From assembly GCF_009914755.1 (NCBI RefSeq), contig NC_060934.1: a stretch of 64,000 nucleotides of DNA, one strand, 5' to 3'. Shown piece after piece: positions 27,225 to 40,165 of the stretch (the first letter of the stretch is position 1; each line of letters begins with the position of its first letter). The notes beneath the pieces were generated by a model. It saw nothing but the letters and a program-made list of their open reading frames with translations, was not told the origin of the DNA and searched no databases. Made by a program: the position numbers and the translations under genes. This DNA is from the human T2T-CHM13v2.0 reference genome, Homo sapiens.

Positions 27225-27428
27225 CGCCGACTACCAGGAACGCTTCAACCCCAGTGCCCTGAAGGACTCGGCCCTGTCCACCCACAAGCCCATCGAGGTG
27301 AAGGGGCTGGGCGGCAAGGCCACCATCATCCATGCGCAGTACAACACGCCCATCAGCATGTATTCCCAGGATGCCATCATGGACGCCATCGCTGGGCAGG
27401 CCCAAGCCCAAGGCAGTGACTTCAGTGG
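27225..27428 (+). CDS. LDB3: LDB3 skeletal-type ZM exon (historical exon 6)
   Basis: cccag|C acceptor and GG|gtaagc donor. Translates ADYQERFNPSALKDSALSTHKPIEVKGLGGKATIIHAQYNTPISMYSQDAIMDAIAGQAQAQGSDFSG. Codons D117 (27229), A147 (27319) and A165 (27373) are wild type. Confidence 0.97.
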
Positions 27429-28201
27429 GTAAGCGCCTCCCTCCTCCACCGCCACTCAGTGCCTCCAGAGCCCGAGGGGTCTGGGCCATTGGGCACCATC
27501 GGGACCAGCTTTCTTCCCTCACGTTGGACCTCCTGGAGGCATGGCCCTTGGAGGGGAGCCAGCCTTCACCAGGGCTTTCTGGAACGTGGGTATCCTCTCT
27601 TCAGACCCTCTCCATGGTCAGCTTTAGGAGAAGGGTGGAGAAATGCAGAAAATGGTGGCTCCTCAAAGTGCTTTTCACAGCCTCTGCATTTTCCCAGGCT
27701 CTATGAAGAGGCTGGAAGAAGAGACTTCTACAGTCCTCTTAACAAGGGGACCATTCTGGATGCCCCCAGGCCTCTCACTGTGAAGCTGTCCTTTAAGGAG
27801 GGGGAAGTTACCAGGTTCTTCCAGCAATGAGAATTGATTCAAATACACTGGCTGGGTTTCTGGTTTGGGAAGGGGTCTGCGACCAACCATCCACACTACT
27901 GCTGGCAATCAGTCCCACAGATGGGAGCAATCCCCTTCTTTTTGCCCTAGGAAGCCCGGCCTCAAGGCAGTGGCATTTAAGACATCCTTGGTTCCTGGAA
28001 TTCACCCATTAGCTATGGCTGGGGAATTTGAGGGTTGGTAAAGAAAGAGTTGGCTGAAAATCATTTGTGGATGAAAAATGCTAGCAATGCAAACATTCAT
28101 GCAGACAGACCTCTCTCTGCGTGTCTCTGTGTCTCCCTCTCTCTGTATGTCTCTTTCTGTCTTCCTCCTTGTTGCTTTTTCTCTGTCTCTCCCTCCCCCC
28201 A

Positions 28202-28206
<5 letters not shown>

Positions 28207-28244
<38 letters not shown>
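28207..28244. repeat. (GT)n microsatellite, about 19 units
   Basis: Read directly from the sequence. Confidence 0.95.
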
Positions 28245-28250
<6 letters not shown>

Positions 28251-29414
28251 CTATCTGTTGTTTCTTTTTTACACACATACACATAATTCCTCACTGTTTT
28301 CTACTTGGGAATACCACTGTGTTGGCTGATTATCAGTCTGGGCAACATCTTATCCCTGGGTCAGGATCCCCTAGCAATTCAAGGCAAAAAGTCTTGAAAT
28401 GACAGTGATGCTTTTTTCCAAAGCCAGAAAAACCGACGTAATAAGAGGGATGGAGGGATTAAAAAGTCCCAGAGAACCCAGTTGCACTTGGCCTTTCCAG
28501 ACCCCAGCCCTTGTGGCCATGATATGCATGCAGGTTATAAAGGGCAGGCTCCCCAGCCCCAAGGGTGGAACAGTGTGGGCTCTCTGGGCTCTGCTGGAAC
28601 TGAGGAGCCTGGGGCCCTTTTGGAGATGCAGTACTTCCTCTAGGCCACCAGGGAGCAGAGGTCGCCTGTCCTGGAGTTTCAAGTCAAACTCCCAAGGCTC
28701 AGGGCTGCTGCTCTTCGCCTAATTCTGGGCAAGGTTGATTGAATTCCATCATTCAAAGCAGAAAATATGACCATGCAAGTTTACAAACACAAGCATTAGC
28801 TCATGCGTACCCAGAAAAACAAGGCTGCCTAAGCCCAAGAGCTAACAGGGATTTCCTGTTAACATTTCTTTGTCACGTGTGTCCTTGGTGTGCTCTTAAA
28901 AGTAGTAGCAATGGCCAAAGGGAAGTTCAATGGAGAATAATGAAAGAAATGCTCTTCACTAACTTTCTGTTTTCTGCACGTTGGGAAGACTGCTATCATT
29001 TGGTCTCACCACTAGGGCACCCATCAGTTTTGGAATTGATGCACTGTTGATTAATCGAGACTTCACGAAGGACGTTTCCCATCTCCCTCCTGTCCCCTCC
29101 CATCCCCTCCCTATTCCTCCCCTGGTATGCCTGGAAAGGGTCCTCTTCTCCTCTTCCTTTTAACGCAGCCACGCTGAGCTGACCATGCTGTGGTGCCAGT
29201 GAGTAACCTCTTGGCCATAACGTGCTCCCATTTCTGCTGTTAATTTCCGTGGTTCCTTCCTCAATGACCGTGTTTTTTCTCTTTTTCTTCCTCCTTCACC
29301 CACCCCATTCCCATAACTCGTTTCTGACCCTAACCCGGCTCTCTTGTGTGCGCTGCCCCTCTGCTATCCCATGATGGACGCGCACTCACGGCTGGGTTTT
29401 CCTCTGCTTGGCAG

Positions 29415-29429
29415 GGCGTCACCGCTGGC
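29415..29429 (+). CDS. LDB3: LDB3 15-nt microexon (adds ASPLA)
   Basis: ttttcctctgcttggcag|GGCGTCACCGCTGGC|gtaagt; phase 2/2 and frame-preserving; upstream CTAAC at about 29330. Confidence 0.75.
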
Positions 29430-32050
29430 GTAAGTAGACCCTGCAGTGTCTGTCCAGTCATCCGTCTGTCTGGTTGTGGGATGGTGTGTGTGGGTTTGGT
29501 GGGATGTGTCTGAGGACCAGTGGTCAGCCCACGTGCTCTGTCCACGCTCCTCCTCACACCCACCTGTCAGCCAAACGACATCCCTTGCAGCCTTTACAGG
29601 CAAGTACTTGTCTCTTGGGGTTTGTCCAAATAATGTCACTGTGGTCACAGAAATCACAGAGTAGTGACACTCATGCTGCAGGCCCAGGCTGGGGGTGCAT
29701 ACCTGTGTTCTTCTTGCCGTGCTTTGGGGTAGCTCCCCCCGCCTTTCCTATCTGCACTGGAACAGTGTAGACCCGGACATTAGAATGCACACTGGGCCAT
29801 TATTCAGGGCTAGAAGGTGACAAGGTAACCTCTTGGAGGCCACTCCCCAGAATCCTCATGGGAAGTGTATCTGCAGGAGCCAGTGCCTGCCATGACCACC
29901 CATGGGAGGGGAAAGATGAATCAGACTGGGGGCTGCACACAGTGAAGCAAATGCAGCGGTGACCTGATGTTGCGGTGACTGTGGAGTGTTTTCTGTGGCA
30001 AGAAGAACAAGCTGAAAGTGGGTCCAGAGAGTGGACTCAGGCCAAGGGCCAAGGACTGCAGGACCTGTTCCATCTTCCCTGCATATATTCTCCCTGAGCC
30101 TTGGTGTCATGAAAGGCACAGCAGTTTCCTTATCTGACTCCCAGTCTTGGTCACAGCAGCAACAAGAGTCCCTGGTCTTTGCACGGGGTTGTGGGAAATG
30201 AAGCCAGAAATGCTTTCTTGAACCCTTGGAGCCAAGAAAGGCACAGGGGAGCTCCTCCTGGGCACATTCCAGGGAAACAGCAGCAAACACCTTCCACCTG
30301 CTCTCTGGATTGCAAAGCTCTGTAGAGAGGCTCAAGGGCCTTGCATCCACACCTTCCCTCACCCACTGCACAGTTCACACTCCCTCCTTCCCTCCCCTCC
30401 CAGTGGGTCAGGAGCCAGGACCAGGGAGACCTGGTTGTGCCTTCCTGTTGCCCATCTCACCCAGACCTTAGGAACGCCTGGGACTCCTCCCTATGCCAGA
30501 AATGGCCTGTCCCAGCAACAGCAAGATCCCACCCTCTCCTTTGCTCCCTGGGCAGCTGCAGGCTCCTCCCTGGCCGGACCGTAGAAGCCTCTGCTGGTCT
30601 TTCCCAACCGATCCCAACCACAGGCTGCCAGTACCTATAGCTCTCTGGGCCAGGGCAGGGCCTTCAGCGAAGCCAGGGCAGCTCCACCCAACCTCGATCA
30701 CCTTTCCCCACCTCTGCTCTTGTAGCCCACCCTGAGCCAGACACAGGGACCAGTCCTGGGACACAAGGTCAGTTCCCTGTCACACTCCTTGCAGGGAGGG
30801 TATAAGACATGGACAATGGGGAGTTTCCTCTCCCAGCCAGCCAGCCCTCTGGGGAAAAGGGAGAGGCAGGCAGAAGAGTACTGGACAGGGCATCTTTCCA
30901 GGCATAGGTCCAGGGCCTCCCACTGGGCAGAAGTAGCCTTCCTGAGCCCTATGACTGCAGGGAGCCTAATGGAAAGGACACAGGGCTAGCAGCCAGGAAA
31001 CCTAGGTTCTCACCCAATGGGGCCCTTATCTGCTGTAACCTGGAGCTAGTTGGCTGGCCTCTCTGGACCTCAGCTTCAGCATCTGTACGAGGAGAGGGCT
31101 GGGCCAGCAGTCTGTTACTGTTGTGGGCTTCACCTGAGCCCTCCCAGGCCTCTGAGAAGGTGGGCTGGGCGGCTTGGTCCTCTGGTCCCCCGGCCAGGGT
31201 GAGTGGGCTGTAAGGCTTTTGACCATGGCCTGCACTGCAGTCTGATTCAGGCTGGGAGGCACTGGACCCGAGGGGCTCTAGGGTCCCTTCTGGCTCTGAT
31301 GTAGGATTTGTTTGTTCAGCCAAGAGTTTTGTGCACCTATCATGTGCCAGACCCTGGGAGCCTAAGGGAAGGTCACCTGGTCCTCCACAAAGGGCTGCGC
31401 TTCTCTGGGACAGAGGACCAGTGGCTTCCATGCAGCCCCACTCCCAACTTCCCCAGGCCAGAAATCCCCTGTCCCTACAGGCCATGCCAGGGCTGTGCCT
31501 TGCTGCCTTGTTTCTTACCACTTTCCAGCAGAGTCAGCCTACTCACACTGAGCCCATGGCCCCCAGTCCTTTTCCAGGGCAGTGACAGCATTGGCAGCTC
31601 CTTGTTTGGATCCAAAAGTGTGAGGAGGGCAGGAGATGGATCCTGAGGAATCCTCTGTGTCCCCCAGTTGGCCTCTCTCCAGCCAGCCCCAAACTCACGG
31701 CCTGCTCACGGAGGTCAAAGAAGACCTGTTCTGTTTCCTCCCTCTGTAAAGGGAATCTAGGGGTGGAAATGTCTCCGGCCTAGGCCTGGAGTTAGCACTG
31801 GGGAAGGGCAGACCTGAGGGATCTGAGCCTCCTGTCTCTCATGAGGGAGGGGAGTCACTGCTTCACTGCGACCAATCTGAGCACCGAGAACCCAGGTCAT
31901 GCCCATATCTCAGGTTCTCAGACAGCAATGGATAAAGGCAAGGTGGGGACAGAACGATAGGGGCCACCAATGGGCATGGAGCAGGGACCCAGCAGGGTGG
32001 GAACTGGGCTCCAGCCTAGCCCTCGCCCACGGCCTCTCTCTGCATTACAG

Positions 32051-32220
32051 GAGCCTCCCTATTAAGGACCTTGCCGTAGACAGCGCCTCTCCCGTCTACC
32101 AGGCTGTGATTAAGAGCCAGAACAAGCCAGAAGATGAGGCTGACGAGTGGGCACGCCGTTCCTCCAACCTGCAGTCTCGCTCCTTCCGCATCCTGGCCCA
32201 GATGACGGGGACAGAATTCA
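32051..32220 (+). CDS. LDB3: LDB3 constitutive exon (170 nt)
   Basis: ttacag|G acceptor and A|gtgagt donor. Translates [56 protein letters not shown]. Confidence 0.97.
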
Positions 32221-32689
32221 GTGAGTGCAGGCTCTCAGGGTGGCTGCAGAGGAGGGAGATGCTGAGGGGCCACCAGGGACCTGGGCCCAGCACTGCAGAA
32301 GCCAGGGAGTCCTGCTACCTGCCCTTGAAGGTGGGCCAGGCTTGATGGTTTGTCAGTGGCTGGCAGGGCTCCTTCTGGGCCTCTCAGGCAGGCTGTCCGG
32401 TGACAGCAGCCTTCTGCTCCAATGCCAACTCCAGCAGTGGGCAGCAGGCTTGGTGTGCAACTTCCGGGCGAGATGATTGCCCAGGGCTGGGATGAGGCCC
32501 TCTCAGGCTACCCCCTGACTCTTTCCCAATGTCCTCTGGGGCCTCTGCCCAGCACACAGTGGACAGGCAAGGGGGCAGTCACCGTGTGGGGCCTGGCTGA
32601 ATCCTGGGGACTCAGTGCCCACAGAGCCCCAGCAGCTTTCCTTGCTGTGTCTCCCGTGAGTCCCCTGACCAGCTCCTTTCTACCAACAG

Positions 32690-32726
32690 TGCAAGACCCT
32701 GATGAAGAAGCTCTGCGAAGGTCAAG
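32690..32726 (+). CDS. LDB3: LDB3 37-nt exon (MQDPDEEALRRS)
   Basis: caacag|TG acceptor and AG|gtaagt donor. Confidence 0.95.
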
Positions 32727-35700
32727 GTAAGTGCCTGGACTCAGGCTCTGTGGCCTTGCCCTCTAGCCCCGTCCCTCCCCGGGCAGCCCCCAGGTCACAT
32801 CACTCATGGAAGGGACCTCTCAAGTTCATGGATTTGGAAAGCCTGGCCTGCAAAGGGCTCCAGCTGACACTAGCTTGAGGCAGCATCGTGAGTCAGTGAG
32901 GTGGGCACCTGGACCCGAGTCTCTGTCCTCCAGGCCCAGGCTACAAGAGCGAAGGCTCTGGGCTCTCCCAGCTTCATCCCTGGGCAGGGGGCAGGGCTGC
33001 TTTGGCCTTTGCTGGGCTGTTGAGAATGAGGGCAACTTTCCCTGTGAGGACACCCGGCTGGCCAACTTGCCCACCCACTCATCTCAGGGCCTGTCCCCCT
33101 ATGATTCCGAAGGCTGGGCACTGAGAAACAGGCACACAGGGGGCTGTGCTGGACGTGAACGCCTGACCCCTGGACTCACCTGTCCAGACCCACATTGAGG
33201 TACCAGTTCTGTAAGTTGCTCAAAGCAAAATAGTTGCTGAAAAAAAAAGAACAAGCCCTGGACATGAGGATGGGTTTGTGCCAAGCTGGGGTCTTAGAGC
33301 ATGGTTTCCCCATCAGTTGCAGGTCTGAGGCCACAGCCACCAACCTACCACTGTGGCCCGTCAGGTGCTCATAGCATGAGGTGGGCATGGGGGGGGGCAT
33401 GCCATCCTGGAACTCACTGGAACCCGCTGGGGCCTTCCATGGTAAGGAGTAGGGCTCATTGTGATTGTATGTACACTTCCGGTAGCAAATATGTCATCTG
33501 CATGTTCTTCCCGGCACTGTCTGCCTTGGGCCAGTGCATCCTGTGGCAGCCTCTGTGCAAGGGGCTGGGGCTCAGAGGCACCCTCCCATCCTGGGCCAAG
33601 CTTTCTGTACTTGCTAACCAGCAGGCCCAACACTCAGTGGCCATGTGACCTGTGCAGAGTAGGACTCTGGAGCCAGCTTAGACTTGTGGATTTTATTTTT
33701 GAACCAACACTTTTGCCAACTCAAGTTGCTCCCACTTTTTGGCCAGGCATCCAAGCCTAAGGTGGGGTCCTCCCAGGCCTGCTAAGGATGGCATGCAGTC
33801 CCAATAACAGTTCTTAACCCTTCAGTGCCTGCAGGGCATCTAGAGAGTCCGCGATGAAGTGATGTTTGATTTAGCTCAAAAGTTAAGCTCCAGCTGCTTT
33901 AAGTGCCAGAGCTCTCAGCTCTCCCCTCCCGCTGTGCTCCGCTGTCCCTGCGTGCTGCTCCCATGCTTGTCTTGCCCTCCTCTTAGAAGCCACCCATGTA
34001 GCTGCTTCAGTGTGCAATGCAGATGTTCCCAAACATTTGATAAAAAAGTCTTTAAATCACACACCCCAGAGCAAGCGGCTTCAAAATCCCCCCGGGTTCC
34101 TTCCAGCAACAGGCCAGCAGGGGGCCTTTTTTCTCCCTCCTCTGAGACCCAGAGTCCTGCCTTCCTGGCTCCCTTCTGGTTCCTTAATGTTCTGCTTCCC
34201 TCCGATATGCAAGGCAGTCACGCTCAGCTTGTGCCTCATTAACCAGATGTCATTAGAACGGGAAAGAGTACTGTGGAAGTGCATTGCAGCAAACTTTTGT
34301 CTTTTCTTTCCCCTGGAATATTTGCAGGCTCTGCAAAGTTATTGAGTGAGGAGAGCACAAAGGCAGTGTTGAAGGTGGTCCCCAGGCCTCATCCTTGGCC
34401 TTCCCCTTCCCTCCTTCAAGGAGCATCTCTTGAAGTTTGTTCTGCCTGGTCTTGAGGGTAATTGAAGGGTGGGAGAGTAGTCCTTTCACCAGCGGCCTAA
34501 CCCCATGAAAGTTTGGTTCAGCCTCAGCAAAAGGCAGCTTTCGGAGCCTCTCCCCCAGCTACGGCAGGGTTTCATGCTAGGGAAATCTGGGGAAGAGGGC
34601 CTGGGAAGTGGCTCCAGTTAGCTTCCTCCCTCAGTCTCAGGCAACTTCCCTCACCCCATCAGCACCTCTCTCTGGGGTCTCAGGCCCTGCAGTGGAGGCT
34701 CTGAAGCACCCAGCCAGCCTCTGCCCAGGTCTGGAGGGGCTCCTCTCCCTTCTTCTGACTTTAATTTCTGGAGAGTTATCCTCGTGGGCAGAGCCACCCA
34801 TGTCACTGAATCCCAAGCAGTGATCCCATGGACCCAGAGGCAGGTGCAGTGGGTGTAGCAGTTCTAATCTGTCTGTGATTGAAGCCTAAAGCAGTGTGTG
34901 TGATCACTGGTCATGACTGGGGCCCCAGGCTCACCTACATCACTATCTGAGCAGAAGGGAACATGCCTTGTCCCACCCTGGTCCAGGCTGGTCAGGGGTC
35001 TTGCTCCTCAGAGGCCTGAGCCACACTTCTATCTGTCCCCACTCCCAAGTTCGAAGCTGCACCCCTAGACTCTCCTGGCCCATCTTGTTGGCTGAGAGCA
35101 GCCACCTACCTTCTCTTTCTCCTCCCAAATCCCAGCGGGGATTCTCAGGGTCTCTCTTGAAGGCTGAGTTTCCCCAGGAAGGCTTCCCTGTAAACTGCTT
35201 CCAAGTGTCTCACTCCAGCAGAGCCTGGGTTTGCCAATCCTGTGCATGGTGACACCTACACAGTCTTATGCCCATGCAAAGGTGCTTTCTCCTTCCTGGT
35301 GCTGTGTGGTGAGAAAGTTAGCGGGAATGTTGAGTGAGTAGTGTCAGGCATTCTGCACCAGGCAGGGGCTCTGGGACCTCGAGGTCAAGTGTGAATACAC
35401 ATGTCAAGAAGACTTTGCAAACTTTCCCTTCACCTCCATCACTGCTCTGCCTCCAAGGTCCACCCCCAGAGTCCCAGGGCAGCTCACAGCCCTCTTCTCC
35501 TCTCGGGTCCTGGCTCCTGATGGTATCTCTGTGTCTGGTAGCACGTAGCTTCCATCTGAGGCTCCAGTGCCAACCTGCTGGCTAGCCCAAGACAGAGTCT
35601 AATTTCCAGGGACTCTTTACAGGTGAGGTGGGGGAGGCCTGAACAGGCCAGGCATCAGCTATGAACTTCCCACCCTGGAAGGACCAGGCACCTTAGGAAA

Positions 35701-37285
35701 CTGTCCAGGTTGCCTTGAACATCAGCCTTCTGCCTACTTCCACATGGGAACTACTCTAGTAGGTATAGGTGACGCTGTGGCTCCCCAGTTTCCATCGGAG
35801 GTAGCTGAAATAGTGCCTCCATCCCACAAACTGAGCCTCTAATCTCAGAGTCATCGCCACAGCTTCCTTCTGACTTTGGAAAGGCATTCCAGGGCCCTGA
35901 TCACTCAAAAGGTCAGATCCACATTGGGCAGCCACATTGGGGATAGGGGTGGGGACAAGGCAGGGCTTGGATCTGCGAGGCATCTGGATCCCACTGCTGG
36001 GGGGAACTATCCAGGATGTAGCCCAGCATGTAACCCAGACATGCCCCTGATCCCTTACAAGTGCAGCCTCTGCGTTTCCCTGATGCCTGCCTGGGTAAAG
36101 AGCTCTGCATCTCCCCATCTTTCCAAGCGTTAGGAACAAAGCTGATCTTAGTGAAGAGTCCCTAGAGGAGCTGAAGGTGCATCACATAGCCCTTTCCATC
36201 CCAGATCATGCAAAAATCCTTCCATGCCCGTTTTCTATCATGCAGCCATTAAGCTTCTTCCAATAAAATGCCAGGGCTCACTGGCTCCCCCTCTTCCCTC
36301 CTGCAGCCTCTCAGATGCCCCCTTCCCTCCCTCTGCTGCGCAGTCTCTCAGTTTTGCCCCCCCTGCAGCCACCTCGCTTACACGCCGCACAGCATAGGGC
36401 CCTCCTGCCAATGGGTGCCCCCGCCAATGGGCCCCTTGTAAGAAAGCAATGAAAAAATTACCTCTCTTTTTTGGATTTTGAGTCCCTGGTGTTCTGCCAC
36501 CCTAGCGAGTTTGAAAACCACAACTGGAGCACCAGGGATGTTGCCCCAGGTGCCGCTGCCTGAGCAGCCCCTGGGAGGTCGTCTTTCTTGCTCTTGCTCT
36601 CCTGTCTCTTTTCCTCTCTCCTGTGCCTTCCTCTCCTGGCTCCTTTCCTTGGCTAGCTGAGGATTTTTAAACAGCTTCAAGTAGAGCATGCTCACTAGAT
36701 TGGACTCTCCAGGACTGTCCCTGTCCCTGTCACTAAGCACTAATGACAAACTATCACCCAGCCTCCACAGGCCTTGCTAGGACTTGACGATTTACAGGCA
36801 AACTGCCTGTGTCTGATCTTGTGCCCCTGTGTCCTCGGTAGTGTCTACGGGATGGTCAGGACTGTTTGTAGTGCTGTCAGCAGGACTCAAGGAGCCCCAC
36901 CACATGGACTTTGCTCATGCCATCTCCACCCCTTTACCCCAACCTCAGATAGGCAGGTATGTGGCAAGGGAAGAAGACGCTGGCACTTAGATTGTGATTC
37001 TGCCCCTGAGTTTCTGTGTGGCTTTAGGTCATTCATGTGACCTCTCTGGGCTTCAGCTTCCTCTTAGTATAAGGAAAGTTCAGACTAGACTGGTGGTTTT
37101 CAAATATGTTATATGTTAGCAGTGGGTCCCTTTTGTCAAACAGTCTTAGACAGAGACCCAGTATGCAGGATTCAAGGGGTAGAGAGAGACAGAGACTGCC
37201 AGGTAAAGCAGGTGCAGAACCGAGGACCTCTGTGAGTGTGGGGACATGGGGGCCAGCCCCGATGACTGTTACTGTGCAGAAATAG

Positions 37286-37995
<710 letters not shown>

Positions 37996-38008
37996 AACTT
38001 CTTAATTA

Positions 38009-38455
38009 AACTTTTTATTTTGAGATAATTGCAAATTCAGTGCAGTTATAAGAAATAATAGAGATCCCTAGTTCCCTTTACCCAGCTTCTCCCAATGGTA
38101 GCATCTTGCAAAATGAAAGCACAATATCACAACGAGGATACTGACACTGATACAGGCAAAACACAGAACTTCCCTTCACCCAGGATGCCCCATGCCGCCT
38201 TTTTATAGCCATACCCACTCCCCTCCAGCACCCACCCACCTCCTTAACCTCTGGCAACCACTAATCTGTGATCTGTCCTCCATTTCTATAATTTTGTCCT
38301 TTTCAAGAATGTTATATAAATGGAATCATACAGCATGGTACCATTTAAGATTGGCCATTTTTTAATCAGCATAATTCCTGGGGGTCACCCAAGTGGTTGA
38401 GTGTCCCAATAGTTCATCTATTCCCTTTTATTGCTAAGAAGCATCTCATAGTATG
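38009..38455 (-). mobile_element. L1MC/L1MB-like 3' end fragment
   Basis: aactttttattttgagataatt..., ctggcaaccactaatctg and ttatataaatggaatcatacag are typical of old L1 3' UTRs. Confidence 0.7.
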
Positions 38456-39339
38456 GACTCAGAAATTAATCTTTAAATTGAGTTGGAAGCACCGTACAGG
38501 TTAAACATACTGTGTTTGTGGCTGGATGGGGCCCTTTGGCCACCAGTGGGCACCTCTGGTCTGGAGGATGTGATCGGCCCTTCCAGCCTGGAAGGCCTGG
38601 ATTCTGACGCCTGTGGCACTGGCCTTTCTCAGGTGCTCTCTTCCTCCATTCATTCCCACGTTTCTGACTGCTGCTTGCCTGCTCTGTACTGTGGCCTCAG
38701 CTGAGCAGGTGTGGCTTGAGCCCCAAGAGGCCCCACTGGTGGGAAGTGGCCAGAAGTCCTGGCCCTGTATCTGTGACAGTGACCTTGTGAATATGTGTGG
38801 GTATGCACGCATGTGCCCAGGCTGTGCTCAGGCCTGGCGAGCAGGGGTGGGCAGGGGCTGTGTGCAAAATCTTCTCTGGGGACAGTGAGGCTTTTCGAGG
38901 CCAGGGCAGCACAGGGAAGGGGCAGGTCTGCCCACCAAGCCTCATCACGGGGGATAGGTGCTCCTTCTTCTTGATGCCCAGCTAGGGGACAGAGATCATG
39001 CGAGGTGCACCTGTCTGTTTGGTTCAATCCTGAGAGCTCACAGCCAAAGCAGCCCTGCCCAGCCCTCACTACATGGACCAGGGAGGCCCTCTTTGCTCAG
39101 TCTGCCCTCAGGGCCATTAGCCAGGTCCCTTCTCCACAGCCCCCAACTCACTCAAGGCAGGGACTTCAGTCCCTCCATCCTGGTCCCCAAGACTCTCGGT
39201 CTTCCCCTAACCCAGGCCTGACCTGGGTTACAATGTACCCCATGGATTGCATAGCTTCTCCAAGCCCGTTCCCTCCCTCCCATGCCCTCTGCCCCACCTG
39301 TTAGACAGGGGAATGGTGAACACATTCCCTAACCCCTTT

Positions 39340-39404
39340 CATTCTCCCTCTCTTCTCTCTCTTTCTGTCTCTGTCTCTGTTTCTCTCTCTCTCTCTCTCT
39401 CTCT
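39340..39404. repeat. (CT)n-rich tract forming the acceptor pyrimidine tract of the short terminal exon
   Basis: Read directly; CTAAC branch-like motif at about 39329. Confidence 0.9.
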
Positions 39405-39413
39405 GTGCCACAG

Positions 39414-39510
39414 GGAAAGGTTTGAAACGGAACGTAACAGCCCACGTTTTGCCAAATTGCGCAACTGGCACCATGGCCTTTCAGCCCAAATCCTTAATGT
39501 TAAAAGCTAA
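39414..39510 (+). CDS. LDB3: LDB3 short-isoform terminal exon, coding part (no LIM domains)
   Basis: cacag|G acceptor. Translates ERFETERNSPRFAKLRNWHHGLSAQILNVKS*. The summed skeletal short CDS is 852 nt = 283 aa. The R268 codon at 39460 is wild type. Confidence 0.96.
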
Positions 39511-40159
39511 AAGGCTGCCTGGAATCCCCCCACCCCAACAGGCTGGACTCCCTCCATCCTTACCCCCACACAGATCTGGCATGTGAGCCCCACGGTGATG
39601 CTTGACAATGTATAACTCTGCTGGGGGCACCTCTGATGGCCAACCGCAGCATTTCTGTCCTCTGCCCACCCCAGAGCTGATGCTGGGGCCCAGCCCCCTG
39701 CAGCTCTGTACCCACCAAACCTCCCCAGGGCAACCCTCGCCACCCCCCAAATAGCCCGTAGCCCAATCCCCTGCCCTCTGCACAGGGCCTTAGCTGTAGA
39801 CCAGAGAGGGCAGGAGGGGTTTGCTGGCATAACACCCCAGAACCAAGGGAAATGGATGGGCCGCTGCTCAGTTTCCCACCATCCTCAGCTCCTGGCCTCA
39901 TCCCCTCCTAGAATGAGTCACCCGTAGATCAGGGTCTGGGGAAGAGGCTGATCCCTGGCGCTGCCCGGCTCCCTCGCTGCCCTCTGGAGCTCAGGGCAGC
40001 CCGGAATAGGGCTCTTTGAAGAGGAAGTAGAAGCCCCAGGGTAATGAGGCAGAGACCCCTCCTGGCAGTGGTGAGGTGGGGGCATGCACCCTCCTTTCTG
40101 TACCGTGTGTGCTGGCTCCATAGTTCTCTCTTCTGTACATATAAGCATGCTTGTTCTGA

Positions 40160-40165
40160 AATAAA
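40160..40165 (+). terminator. LDB3: Poly(A) signal of short LDB3 isoforms
   Basis: AATAAA with upstream TGTA elements (~40099, ~40134) and a downstream GT-rich tract (40201-40220). Confidence 0.85.
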
